Notes: a model not told the origin generated them from the letters alone. A stretch of DNA of 38,062 nucleotides from Pontixanthobacter sp. (GCA_037968915.1 JBBKWK010000092.1:1-38062); one strand, 5' to 3'; counted from the first letter of the stretch, positions 17,034 through 26,650 are shown. Numbers and translations: made by a program.

Positions 17034-18806
17034 ATGACCGAAATCGAACAGCTAGCCGGTGCCTTGCAGGCAACCGCAAACGATTGCCCACTACCGCGCC
17101 GCCGCTCAGACTTTGCGACCTTCACGGACGCGGTCGATTATGCTGCGAAAAGCGCCAAGGGCATGAATTTTCACGATATGCGCGGCAATTTGGAACGCGT
17201 TTATACCTACGTGGAACTGCGCGCAGATGCGCTGGAAATGGCCCGCCGCTTCAAAGCTGCCGGAATCGGCAAGGAAGACCGGGTCGCCCTGATCGCAGAA
17301 ACCGGTGCCGAATTTGCCGCCCTGTTCTGCGGGGCGATCTATGCCGGTGCATGGCCCGTGCCGCTGCCGCTGCCGACCGGTTTTGGCGGCAAGGAAAGTT
17401 ACATCGATCAATTGGTTGTTCAGCTTGAAAGCTCCGACCCGACCATTCTGCTTTATCCTAATGAAATCGCCGATATGGGCGCTGCAGCGGCGGCGCGTCA
17501 GGGCTGTGAGGGTGCCGATTGGGAAAGTTTTGCCACACGCGAAGCCCCGGATTGCGCGCTGACCCCGCCCGATCCCGACGATATCTGCTATCTGCAATAT
17601 TCAAGCGGTTCGACCCGGTTCCCAACCGGAGTCGCGGTGACGCACCGTGCGCTGCTGGATAATCTCGCTGGTCACGCGATTTCGATGAATGTCGGCACCA
17701 ATGACCGCGTAGTCAGCTGGCTGCCGTGGTACCACGACATGGGTCTGGTCGGCTGTTTCCTGTCGCTAATTTCCAACCAGATGTCGGTCGATTATCTGAA
17801 GACCGAACATTTCGCCCGGCGCCCGCTGGCATGGCTTGATCTGATCAGCCGCAACAAGGGCACTACTCTCAGTTATTCACCCACCTTTGGCTACGACATC
17901 TGCGCCCGCCGCATCTCCAGCCAGAGCCATGTTGCGGACCGGTTCGACCTGTCGCGCTGGCGCACGGCAGGCAATGGCGCGGATATGATCCGGCCTGATG
18001 TGATGCAGAATTTCGTCAATGCCTTTTCCGAAGCGGGGTTCAAGGCCAGCGCCTTTACTCCCAGCTACGGCCTTGCAGAAGCGACTCTGGCGGTCACCGT
18101 CATGCCGCCAGGCGAAGGTATCCGGGTGGAACTGGTTGAAGAAGAGCGCCTGTCCGGCACACCGCGCGACCTGTCGCGCCCGGCACGCTACCGCGCAATC
18201 GTCAATTGCGGCAAGCCTATCCCGGGGATGGAAGTTGAAATCCGCGGCCCCAAGGATCAGGCCAAGAACGACCATCAGATCGGCAAGGTCTGGTGCCGCG
18301 GCACCAGCGTAATGCATTCATATTTCCGCAACCCCGAAGCGACCGAGGAATGCCTGGTCGCCAGTAAAGATGGAAAGGGGGCCTGGCTGGATACGGGTGA
18401 CATGGGATATATGGCCGATGGCTATCTGTTCATCGTCGGCCGAGCCAAGGACATGATCATCATCAATGGCAAGAACCATTGGCCGCAGGACATAGAATGG
18501 GCGGTGGAGCAGCTGCCCGGTTTCAACCACGGTGACATTGCCGCATTCTCGGTCGAAACCGACACTGGCGAGGAAGCGCCAGCTGTGCTGGTCCATTGCC
18601 GCGTTTCCGACCCCGAAGAACGGATCAAATTGCATGAAACGATCCGCGACAAGGTGCGTTCGATCACTGGCATGAACTGTGTGGTTGAACTGGTCCCGCC
18701 GCGCACCTTGCCGCGAACATCGTCGGGCAAACTTTCTCGCGCGAAGGCCAAACGGCTATATCTGGCGGGCGAGATCGTTCCGCTGGAGCTGCCTATCGCG
18801 GCTTGA
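17034..18806 (+). CDS. Fatty acyl-AMP ligase (FAAL-type adenylate-forming enzyme)
   Basis: YLQYSSGSTRFP, SWLPWYHDMGLVG, PSYGLAEATL, DTGDMG, GRAKDMIIINGKN and RTSSGKLSR. Confidence 0.92.
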   Translation: MTEIEQLAGALQATANDCPLPRRRSDFATFTDAVDYAAKSAKGMNFHDMRGNLERVYTYVELRADALEMARRFKAAGIGKEDRVALIAETGAEFAALFCGAIYAGAWPVPLPLPTGFGGKESYIDQLVVQLESSDPTILLYPNEIADMGAAAAARQGCEGADWESFATREAPDCALTPPDPDDICYLQYSSGSTRFPTGVAVTHRALLDNLAGHAISMNVGTNDRVVSWLPWYHDMGLVGCFLSLISNQMSVDYLKTEHFARRPLAWLDLISRNKGTTLSYSPTFGYDICARRISSQSHVADRFDLSRWRTAGNGADMIRPDVMQNFVNAFSEAGFKASAFTPSYGLAEATLAVTVMPPGEGIRVELVEEERLSGTPRDLSRPARYRAIVNCGKPIPGMEVEIRGPKDQAKNDHQIGKVWCRGTSVMHSYFRNPEATEECLVASKDGKGAWLDTGDMGYMADGYLFIVGRAKDMIIINGKNHWPQDIEWAVEQLPGFNHGDIAAFSVETDTGEEAPAVLVHCRVSDPEERIKLHETIRDKVRSITGMNCVVELVPPRTLPRTSSGKLSRAKAKRLYLAGEIVPLELPIAA

Positions 18807-18820
18807 ATTTACGGCCTAAT

Positions 18821-20350
18821 TCAACTTGCGCTTCCATCCCAACGTACGACCAGACGACCGCGCCTGATTTCGGTCCGGACATTAGTGACGCCTTGTTCAG
18901 CAAGAAGTTCCTGCGCGCGTTCGGTGTCAGCGGCGGTTCCCAACAACAGGATCGGTGTGCCCAAACGCTTTGCTGACCATGCGGTCAGTGCAAGAGCTTT
19001 GGTACCCTCCGCCGTCGGCTGCCCCTTGTCGAAATAGATCCGCGGCAATGACCGCACCGGCGGGATCAATTCGATCCGCCATTCCGGCTCCGTAACGGCG
19101 ATGCGCCTTTCCAGATCGTAATAGGTGGCCAGCGATGCGCCTTCGAGCGTCTTTGCCTGCACTACGGCGCGGCGCCGCTGCTGATCCACTAACACTTCTT
19201 CTTCAGTCACTCCGGCCAGCAAGGCGAGCCGGGCCCCCAATTCATCTATTTGGTCGTTCGCTGCTTGTTGTTGCGCTTGTGCAGCCGCCAATTGCGCTTG
19301 TTCTGCAGCGGATGCGCTGGTCCCAACCAAATATTGGGTGATGGTGAAATTCACGGGTTCCCCCGCTATCCGGTTCATTTCGCGCGAGGCAGCCTCCTCC
19401 GCATCAATCCGCAATTTCGGGGTCAGAACAATAGCGGATACTTCGATTGGCTTGGCATCGAAATTGATTTCAAATTGTGACAGGCGTGCCTGCCCATCGT
19501 ACACATCCATCACTTCGTTCCGCAGTTGACGCGACACATTCGCTTCCCACCCGATTTGGCTAAGCGAATAGCCGAGCGGCACCGCCAGCGCGACAAATGC
19601 GGCCACAATCACTATGGTCTGGAACTGCGTCTGACGTGCGCTCAACGAGGTTCGAAACCCATAGAGGCGGGCCATCAACGCCGCGGTCAATGCTATTGTC
19701 ATCAGATTGGTAAAATACAGCAGCAATGCGCCGGAAAAAACCGTCCAGTTCAATGTCGCAAGGCCAAATCCGACCGCTGCCAGAGGCGGCATCAATGCCG
19801 TCGCAATCGCCACACCCACAATGGTACCCTCGCGCCCACGGATCATAGCATATGCGCCTGCAAGCGCAGAAAAGAGCGCCACCAACAGGTCAAAAAGGTT
19901 GGGCCTTGTGCGCGCGGCGATCTCGGCAGTGACAGTCTGGAGCGGCGACATGAACACGATCAGCGCGCACAAAAGCACCGCGATTACCGAACCATAGGCC
20001 AAAGACTTCGCAGCTTGCCGCAGCCAGCCAAAATCGCCGATCGACATGGCAAAGCCCAGCCCGATGATCGGCCCCATCAACGGCGAGAGCAACATTGCCC
20101 CTATAACCACCGCAGGAGATGACAGCAGCATGCCGAGAATGGCGATCCCGCCCGACATCGCAATCATGAATATGTAACGGGCTGACATGGCGCAATCTTC
20201 GCGCCGCTTTTCAATTACGGACGCCTGATCGACCGTGCCTAATACGGCATCCTTCCACCATCTGCGCCAGCTCAAAAGCACATATCTGAAGGACCGTTCA
20301 ACCCCAATGGCCGCGCTTGTGTCTGTCGTTTCTGCCGTATCAAGCGCCAT
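18821..20350 (-). CDS. DUF389 domain-containing membrane protein with long soluble C-terminal region
   Basis: SPAVVIGAMLLSPLMGPI, ARTRPNLFDLLVAL, GVAIATALMPPL and FTNL. ATG 20350 preferred as start. Confidence 0.9.
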   Translation of the reverse strand: MALDTAETTDTSAAIGVERSFRYVLLSWRRWWKDAVLGTVDQASVIEKRREDCAMSARYIFMIAMSGGIAILGMLLSSPAVVIGAMLLSPLMGPIIGLGFAMSIGDFGWLRQAAKSLAYGSVIAVLLCALIVFMSPLQTVTAEIAARTRPNLFDLLVALFSALAGAYAMIRGREGTIVGVAIATALMPPLAAVGFGLATLNWTVFSGALLLYFTNLMTIALTAALMARLYGFRTSLSARQTQFQTIVIVAAFVALAVPLGYSLSQIGWEANVSRQLRNEVMDVYDGQARLSQFEINFDAKPIEVSAIVLTPKLRIDAEEAASREMNRIAGEPVNFTITQYLVGTSASAAEQAQLAAAQAQQQAANDQIDELGARLALLAGVTEEEVLVDQQRRRAVVQAKTLEGASLATYYDLERRIAVTEPEWRIELIPPVRSLPRIYFDKGQPTAEGTKALALTAWSAKRLGTPILLLGTAADTERAQELLAEQGVTNVRTEIRRGRLVVRWDGSAS

Positions 20351-20444
20351 GACGCAGTAGCCTCTCGCCAATGCAATCTTGTCATGTAGACTGCTTCTTT
20401 TGGGAACGAAAGTATGGACGAGAACACCAGTATGCGGCACAAAT

Positions 20445-20473
20445 CTTGAACTTCGTGTCTTATGCCCTTAATA
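20445..20473 (+). promoter_or_regulatory. Possible RpoH-type promoter for telA
   Basis: CTTG-N17-CCTTAAT resembles the alphaproteobacterial heat-shock consensus CTTG-N17-CyTATAT. The match is imperfect. Confidence 0.3.
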
Positions 20474-20530
20474 CAGTAAATGTAATCAACCTTCCGCGCA
20501 TCCGCGAGCGAACAGGAGCCATCCGCTTCC

Positions 20531-21748
20531 ATGACTGAATCCAACAGCCCTAAGACCAAGACCGCAACCGCCATCGATCTCGAATTGACCGCGCCAGATC
20601 CCGTGCCGCAAGTTGCGCCGGAAAAGGCCGCAGGATTGGTCCCGGTATCCGAGGAAATCCAGTCCAAACTGGCAACGAAGGTTGAGACCTTTGTGATGGA
20701 TTTATTGGCGCAGGACCCGAATTCGCCGGAATTTGGCCAAAAGGTTGATCAACTAACCAACATGGGGCGCAAGGAAATCATGGCCGCCGCCGGCATGTCC
20801 AACCGCTTCCTCGACCGGCCGATCCGGGCGATGGACAAGGATCAGGGCGTCGGCGCCGATCTGGCTGAATTGCGGCTGGTGGTAGAAGACCTCGACCCCG
20901 GCAAGCGCGGCAAATTATCCGGTCGCCGTAAATTCCTTGGTATCATTCCGTTCGGAAACAAGCTGACCAATTATTTCCGCAGTTACCAAAGCGCGCAAAC
21001 GCATATCCAGTCGATCCTTGGCAATCTTGCCTCGGGCAAGGACGAGCTGATCATGGACAATGCCGCAATAGATGTGGAGCGGCAGAAATTGTGGGAAGCG
21101 ATGGGTAATCTGGAACAGATGATCCACATTTCCAAACAGTTGGATGAAAAGCTGGAGGAAAAGGCGGATGAACTCGACGCGACCGATCCTGCCAAGGCCA
21201 AGGCAATTCGTGAAACCGCCCTGTTCTATGTCCGCCAGCGGACGCAGGATCTGCTGACCCAGATGGCAGTCAGTGTGCAAGGCTATCTCGCGCTCGATCT
21301 GGTGAAGAAAAACAACGTCGAATTGGTAAAGGGCGTAGACCGCGCCAGCACCACCACCGTCGGCGCGCTGCGAACTGCCGTAACTGTGGCGGAGGCGATG
21401 ACTAATCAACGGCTGGTATTGGGCCAGATTACCGCGCTCAACGAAACCACCGCCGGGATTATCGATTCCACCAGCACGATGTTGCGTGACCAGACCGGCA
21501 AGATCCATCAGCAGGCCGCCAGCTCGACCATTCCGCTCGAAACACTGCAGCGCGCATTCCAGAATATTTATGATACGATGGACGAGGTCGACCGGTTCAA
21601 GCTGGAAGCATTGTCGAGCATGAAACAGACGGTAAACGTGCTATCCGATGAAGTGCAAAAATCGAAAGGCTATATCGCCCGCGCAGAGGGACAGGCGCAG
21701 GCATCCAAGCAAGTTACCGAATCGCCGCTATTGAGCCTCGAAGGTTGA
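20531..21748 (+). CDS. telA: Toxic anion resistance protein (TelA family)
   Basis: Long coiled-coil protein with YFRSYQSAQTHI, RQRTQDLLTQMAVSVQGYLALDLVKKNNVELVKGVDRA and LQRAFQNIY. Confidence 0.9.
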   Translation: MTESNSPKTKTATAIDLELTAPDPVPQVAPEKAAGLVPVSEEIQSKLATKVETFVMDLLAQDPNSPEFGQKVDQLTNMGRKEIMAAAGMSNRFLDRPIRAMDKDQGVGADLAELRLVVEDLDPGKRGKLSGRRKFLGIIPFGNKLTNYFRSYQSAQTHIQSILGNLASGKDELIMDNAAIDVERQKLWEAMGNLEQMIHISKQLDEKLEEKADELDATDPAKAKAIRETALFYVRQRTQDLLTQMAVSVQGYLALDLVKKNNVELVKGVDRASTTTVGALRTAVTVAEAMTNQRLVLGQITALNETTAGIIDSTSTMLRDQTGKIHQQAASSTIPLETLQRAFQNIYDTMDEVDRFKLEALSSMKQTVNVLSDEVQKSKGYIARAEGQAQASKQVTESPLLSLEG

Positions 21749-21764
21749 TGCCAGGAATTTCTAC

Positions 21765-22529
21765 ATGAACGATCTGACCAAGGAGAGCGACCGGTTGCTC
21801 AATGACGGCCGCCGGTTGCTGACCGACAACCGCGACGGCGGCAGGCACCGCCGCGTTTCGATCGGCAAAGGCTCGGCTGAGATCAAGACCCAGCATTTGA
21901 TGCGCAAGGTGAAGCGGATTGTCTTGGCCGTTGGCGGGATCGTGATTGCCGCGATGATCGTGGGTCTGATTGTGGACGGGATTGGTTTTGTCGGGGTGAT
22001 GCTGACTTTCCTTGCAATTGTCGCCGCAACTGTCGGCTTTTCGGCCTTCCCGAAAATAAAGGTGCCGAAACGCGCCGAACTGACCAAAGGCAGTGCGGCA
22101 CAATTAGTTGGCCGAACGGAATTATGGCTGGAAGCGCAGCGGCCAGCTTTGCCGCCGCCAGCAGTTACTCTGGTCGATCAGATCGGGGTGCAACTGGACG
22201 CGCTCGGTCTGCAATTACAAACCGTGGATCAGGAACATCCCGCGGCCCGCGAAGTGCGCAAACTAGTGGGTGAACATCTGCCCGAAATGGTCGATTCGTA
22301 CCGCAAGGTTCCAGCCAATTTACGCGGAGAGAAACGCGCCGGAGCGACGCCAGACGAGCAGCTGACGCAAGGGCTCGGCAACATCAGCAAGGAAATCGAG
22401 AGCGTGACCCGCCAACTGGCTGATGGCGCACTGGACGATCTGGCGATCAAAAACCGATACCTTGATTACAAATACGGTGAAACGCCCGATGCGCTCCCCA
22501 ATCATTCCAGCCCAGAAAATTCGGAGTAG
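21765..22529 (+). CDS. Two-TM membrane protein, probable XpaC-like partner of TelA
   Basis: Two N-terminal TM helices and a helical C-terminal region with HLPEMVDSY. Lies directly downstream of telA. Confidence 0.7.
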   Translation: MNDLTKESDRLLNDGRRLLTDNRDGGRHRRVSIGKGSAEIKTQHLMRKVKRIVLAVGGIVIAAMIVGLIVDGIGFVGVMLTFLAIVAATVGFSAFPKIKVPKRAELTKGSAAQLVGRTELWLEAQRPALPPPAVTLVDQIGVQLDALGLQLQTVDQEHPAAREVRKLVGEHLPEMVDSYRKVPANLRGEKRAGATPDEQLTQGLGNISKEIESVTRQLADGALDDLAIKNRYLDYKYGETPDALPNHSSPENSE

Positions 22530-22537
22530 AAAAACAG

Positions 22538-22834
22538 ATGCGCGTTGCGATACCATTCGACATTTCCCGAGATCTGGCACGCGAGCGCCTCAAATCCCGT
22601 AGCCACGAAATCGCCGACCACATTCCCGGCGGTATGGCAGAGGTGTCAACCGATTGGCCAAGCGAAGACCGGATGAACCTCACCATCTCCACCATGGGTC
22701 AAAGCTTGCGCGGGATCGTCAATGTCGAGGAAAGCCAGTTGGTGTTCGAGATTGCACTTCCGCCGGCACTTGGTTTCCTGGAACCGATCATTTCTGGCGC
22801 AATCAAGCAGCAAGGTCAGAAATTGCTGACTTGA
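22538..22834 (+). CDS. Polyhydroxyalkanoic acid system family (PHA_gran_rgn-like) protein
   Basis: 98 aa with the pattern IPFDISRDLARERL...W...GIVNVEE...IALPPALGFL...I...GQKLL. Confidence 0.65.
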   Translation: MRVAIPFDISRDLARERLKSRSHEIADHIPGGMAEVSTDWPSEDRMNLTISTMGQSLRGIVNVEESQLVFEIALPPALGFLEPIISGAIKQQGQKLLT

Positions 22835-22843
22835 ATTTCCAAT

Positions 22844-23284
22844 CTAGATCGAGCGGCCCAATTCAAGAAAATCCTCCGGTATCCGCAATGCTGCAGACGC
22901 CTCGCGGGTTTCCAGCAGGAACAGCAGCAATGCGCCCATCAACAGGCCGATCGCGACGATAAAAGCTGCCGCCGACAATTGCGGCAAATTCCACTGCAGG
23001 AAATCACCTAGAAACAGGATCACCACTGTCAGACCAATGGTCAGACCGCTCAATACCAACAGCAGAATTGCTCGGCCGATCAACTCAATCCGGCGGTCAA
23101 GTGAGCGGAATTCGCGCACGACCATATCGTGCTCTGCGCCGCTAGTTGCCCGGTGTTGTTCCTCCATGGCTCGCGACCGATCAACTACCCGGCCGAGCCG
23201 TGATGACAACAAATTCATGATATTGCCGATTGCCACCAGCACGAATACCGGAGCCAGGGCCAGTTGAATGGTTTGGGCGATCAT
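22844..23284 (-). CDS. DUF2721 domain-containing membrane protein
   Basis: IQLALAPVFVL...SRLGRVVDRSR...LDRR...FLLE, with three TM helices. Confidence 0.88.
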   Translation of the reverse strand: MIAQTIQLALAPVFVLVAIGNIMNLLSSRLGRVVDRSRAMEEQHRATSGAEHDMVVREFRSLDRRIELIGRAILLLVLSGLTIGLTVVILFLGDFLQWNLPQLSAAAFIVAIGLLMGALLLFLLETREASAALRIPEDFLELGRSI

Positions 23285-23396
23285 CGATTGCTGCCTTACT
23301 TGGGTTTTATAAGGGTTGATGTAGTGACACCGGGCTGATTGTGAACCGCATGATCAGGCCGGGACAGGCAAACCGGAACAGAATTCGTATGCAATT

Positions 23397-24215
23397 CTAG
23401 ACGGTGGGCTGGGTCACCAAACAGCTTTCGGAATGACCAAAGTCGGCAATCGCAAGATCTTCAGCCCAGCCGCATTCACCCGCTTCAATCGTGAACTCAC
23501 CCAATGTAACCGTCCCGGCGAGCGGTACGATCAGCACCCGGCCCACATACCGTGCCAGAAATTCGCGGGTGGGCTTGCCTGCAATCCGGTCAACCCGAAA
23601 TTGCGGCCCATCGACCAATTGCGCGTCGCCGTTGCTGCCAAAGGATTGGCGAAGTTCCCGATCATGCCGGCCGCCACTAGCCACTGCAATTGCCTGATCA
23701 AGGTGCAATTCGCGCGGTCGGCCATAATCAAACAATCTGTAGGTAATGTCGCAATTCTGCTGGATTTCGACCAAACTCAGCCCCGGGCCAATGGCATGCA
23801 CTGTGCCTGCGGGCAGGTAGAAGAAATCGCCCACCTTCGCAGGGTGCCAAACCAGCAATTCCTCGATCGATCCATCCAGCGCGGCGGAGCGCATGGCTTG
23901 GGCGGAAATTTCCTGCTCAAAGCCGATGGCGAGACGGGCATCGGGCTCTGCACCGATCACCAGCCAGCATTCTTCCTTGCCGCTGCCGCCCGAGAGTACT
24001 TGCGTGTCCGAAGGGTGCACCTGGACTGACAGTTTTTCGCTGGTGAACAGATATTTAACCAGCAGTCGATCCATTGTCGGTGGCGGCTCGAAGCAAATCT
24101 CACCGATCCGCTTGCCGGTTGGCGCGACAAATGGCGCCGGCAAATTATCCATACCCCATACTTTTTCGATCGAAAGAGCCTGTAATTTGCCGCCTAGCGG
24201 CGCGTTGCCATTCAT
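23397..24215 (-). CDS. manA: Class I mannose-6-phosphate isomerase
   Basis: KVWG, LLVKYLFTSEKLSVQVHP, KEECW, PAGTVHAIG and EIQQNCDITYRLFDYGRPRELH. ATGA overlap with manC. Confidence 0.92.
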   Translation of the reverse strand: MNGNAPLGGKLQALSIEKVWGMDNLPAPFVAPTGKRIGEICFEPPPTMDRLLVKYLFTSEKLSVQVHPSDTQVLSGGSGKEECWLVIGAEPDARLAIGFEQEISAQAMRSAALDGSIEELLVWHPAKVGDFFYLPAGTVHAIGPGLSLVEIQQNCDITYRLFDYGRPRELHLDQAIAVASGGRHDRELRQSFGSNGDAQLVDGPQFRVDRIAGKPTREFLARYVGRVLIVPLAGTVTLGEFTIEAGECGWAEDLAIADFGHSESCLVTQPTV

Positions 24216-25249
24216 TGAAACTTGGCCCCGGACAATTTGCCAACCTGCTGAGCACCTGCGGAGGAGACAATTAGAACTTCATCGCCGTCTACCACCACCA
24301 CGACATCGTCCAGCCCGATTACCGAGACGCGTGGTCCGTCACTGTCGATCATTACATTGCTGCAATCGATCAACTCACCTTTGCCGCTGACCCAATTGCC
24401 GTCCGCGTCCCGATTTCCGGAGCGGGCTTCGCGAAGCGCCTCCCAATTGCCGATATCAGACCAGCCCATATCGGCGGCGACAACCGCCGCACGCTGGGTA
24501 TTTTCCATCACCGCATAATCGACCGAATCCGGCTCAATTTTGGCAAACGTAGCCGCCTCGGGATGGAAGTGTGCGCCGTCTTGCGTGCCGGCTGAAACAG
24601 CTTGTTTGGCGCACTTCGCCATTTCAGGCCTATACTGTTCCAACTCTGCCAGAAAAGCACCGGCACGGAAGGCAAAGATGCCTCCATTCCAGCTATAGCC
24701 GCCATCGTTCAGGAATTGCTCCGCCTTTGCGCGATCCGGCTTTTCGACGAACCTTTCGATGCGGTGGCATCCGGAGGTGATTTCAGTACCTCGTAAAATA
24801 TAACCGAACCCTGTTTCAGGCCGCTTCGCTTCGATTCCGAAGGCGACCATCCAGTCATCCTTCGCCAGGCGCGCAGCAGATTGCGCAGCGCGAATAAACG
24901 CATCCTGATCCTTGATATAGTGATCGCTGGGGCACACCAGCATGATTGCGTCTTCAGGCAGCCGCGCGGCGGCAAGCGCAATTGCGGGCGCTGTATTCCT
25001 GGCCTCAGGTTCGATGATAATCTGTAGCCCCGCCACATCAGCCGATTGAGCTGTAACGTGTTCCAGATGCCCCTTCCCTGTGACCACCACCGGTGCGGTG
25101 AATATCGCCGGATTAGCGCTGCGCGCCAAGGTCGCTTCGAACAGCGTTTTGTCCCTGACCAGCGGCAAAAAGGGTTTCGGCTTCATGGCCCGGCTGCGCG
25201 GCCACAGGCGCGTACCGCTTCCGCCGCAAAGGATAATCGGAGTAATCAC
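24212..25249 (-). CDS. manC: Mannose-1-phosphate guanylyltransferase
   Basis: LCGGSGTRLWPRSR, EPEARNTAPA, PSDH, FVEKPD, WNGGIF, SVDYAVME and GWSDIGNW. Confidence 0.95.
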   Translation of the reverse strand: MITPIILCGGSGTRLWPRSRAMKPKPFLPLVRDKTLFEATLARSANPAIFTAPVVVTGKGHLEHVTAQSADVAGLQIIIEPEARNTAPAIALAAARLPEDAIMLVCPSDHYIKDQDAFIRAAQSAARLAKDDWMVAFGIEAKRPETGFGYILRGTEITSGCHRIERFVEKPDRAKAEQFLNDGGYSWNGGIFAFRAGAFLAELEQYRPEMAKCAKQAVSAGTQDGAHFHPEAATFAKIEPDSVDYAVMENTQRAAVVAADMGWSDIGNWEALREARSGNRDADGNWVSGKGELIDCSNVMIDSDGPRVSVIGLDDVVVVVDGDEVLIVSSAGAQQVGKLSGAKFQ

Positions 25250-25341
25250 GCGTGGAGTTGCCCTTCAATCTGCTCGTTATAGCGGCGATATGCGGCGCCG
25301 GTTTAAATGGGTTACGGGCCCGCCCTAACGTGTATTTTGGA

Positions 25342-26064
25342 TCAGAACCAGCGTTGCCTCCAATAGAACGGGGCAGCTACCGGATCACCATTGCCATTGA
25401 TTGCAGGTTTGAACCTCAGACGATCAACCACCAATTGACAGGTGAGCCGGTCTGCCTCTGCATCGGGACTGGCTTTGTAGATGCTGCAATTGCTGGCTCG
25501 GCCGCTAGTATTCACAGTCACCTTGACGATAACTTCGGTACCGCGACGAGCCTTTCGTCCGCCTTCGGGGACAGGGAAATCGCGCGCATTGTCGATCCCG
25601 CCGGAAATATGCACCGGTTTGGACGCTATAATTCCGCCTTGCCCGCCGCCTCCGCGCCCGCTGCCAGTGCCCGAACCTGACCCCGCCGCGCCCGTACCAT
25701 CGCCTTGATCCTTCGCCCCGGAAGTTACCGCTACGCCGGTGGAGGTCGCACGCGGCGCGGGCTGATCGCGCTTCAATACCACCTTCGGGGTCGGGGCAAT
25801 CACCGGCTTGGGTACCGCTTGTTTGCCCGGATCGCCGGCAGCGCCTTCATCGGGTTCGGGCTCGGGCTCCTTGGGTGGATCCGGTGGCGCGGTTACCGTG
25901 ACGGTGAAGGCAGATACCACTGACCGTTCAACGCTGGCGGTCATATCCGGCGCAAAGGCCCGCACCAGACCATAGAATGCCAGAACGTGCAGCAAACCGA
26001 TCAGCACCAGTGTACCGGGCCTCAGCTTGCGTGATTTGGTCGAAAATTTCGTGCCTTGTGCCAT
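25342..26064 (-). CDS. Energy transducer TonB family protein
   Basis: N-terminal TM with His (LLHVL), Pro-rich EPEPEP linker, Gly-rich segment and a C-terminal TonB domain (FP...GTEVIVKVTVNTSGR...RFKPA). Confidence 0.85.
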   Translation of the reverse strand: MAQGTKFSTKSRKLRPGTLVLIGLLHVLAFYGLVRAFAPDMTASVERSVVSAFTVTVTAPPDPPKEPEPEPDEGAAGDPGKQAVPKPVIAPTPKVVLKRDQPAPRATSTGVAVTSGAKDQGDGTGAAGSGSGTGSGRGGGGQGGIIASKPVHISGGIDNARDFPVPEGGRKARRGTEVIVKVTVNTSGRASNCSIYKASPDAEADRLTCQLVVDRLRFKPAINGNGDPVAAPFYWRQRWF

Positions 26065-26219
26065 GCCTGATTTACAAATTCCTGGGTTGGAAGTGAACAG
26101 GTGCCCGATGCGCCCCGCGCCCGGTCCAGCGGATTTCCCTCTATAAGTACTCTGTGAGAGGTTCGCAGCGGAGACAAGCGTGAAAAGCGGCTGCGCCCCG
26201 TGCCCGATTTGAAACAGGA

Positions 26220-26567
26220 GTGAATGCCATCGCTTATCCCCCTCCCCATGTTGGGGATTTACCGGTCAATATCCGCGCGAACAACAAATCTGACAGTCCC
26301 TTGTCCCCAGCTGGACGTCTTGCCCGGCAGTGGCAGAAACGCCGACAAGAAGCACTTGATGCGGTGTCTAAAGCCATGCGTGAAGATGGGCTGCACGGAG
26401 CCCCTGCGGCAGAACTGGCGAAGCTGGTACATAAGATTGCTGGCACAGCCGGAATGTTCGGCGAAAATGAGCTGGGCAACCGTGCCAGCGCGCTGGAGCG
26501 GGCCTTGAAGCAAGGGGAGGCATCGCAGCGCAGCGAACTGGCAGATTCATTTTTGCGCGCGGCCTAA
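26220..26567 (+). CDS. Stand-alone Hpt (histidine phosphotransfer) domain protein
   Basis: LVHKIAGTAGMFG...LGNRASALE matches the Hpt pattern HxLxGxxxxxG. Start uncertain. Confidence 0.75.
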   Translation: MNAIAYPPPHVGDLPVNIRANNKSDSPLSPAGRLARQWQKRRQEALDAVSKAMREDGLHGAPAAELAKLVHKIAGTAGMFGENELGNRASALERALKQGEASQRSELADSFLRAA

Positions 26568-26622
26568 CCGTCCTGTCCGTGCGCTTAATTTGTGCGCCCC
26601 AAAATTCAGAATCTGGAAATGC

Positions 26623-26650
26623 AAACGGCGGCACCCTGTGGATGCCGCCG
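26623..26650 (-). terminator. Rho-independent terminator of the TonB-dependent receptor gene
   Basis: Minus strand reads CGGCGGCATCC-aca-GGGTGCCGCCG-TTT, about 25 nt after the stop codon. Confidence 0.6.

Noticed and set aside
16865-17125. 87-aa N-terminal extension of RecX in the ORF track
   Set aside because: Crosses the divergent promoter region and the FAAL start. RecX-like sequence begins only after ATG 16864.
25852-25870. CGGGTT/CGGGCT short tandem repeat
   Set aside because: Encodes the ordinary EPEPEP linker of TonB.
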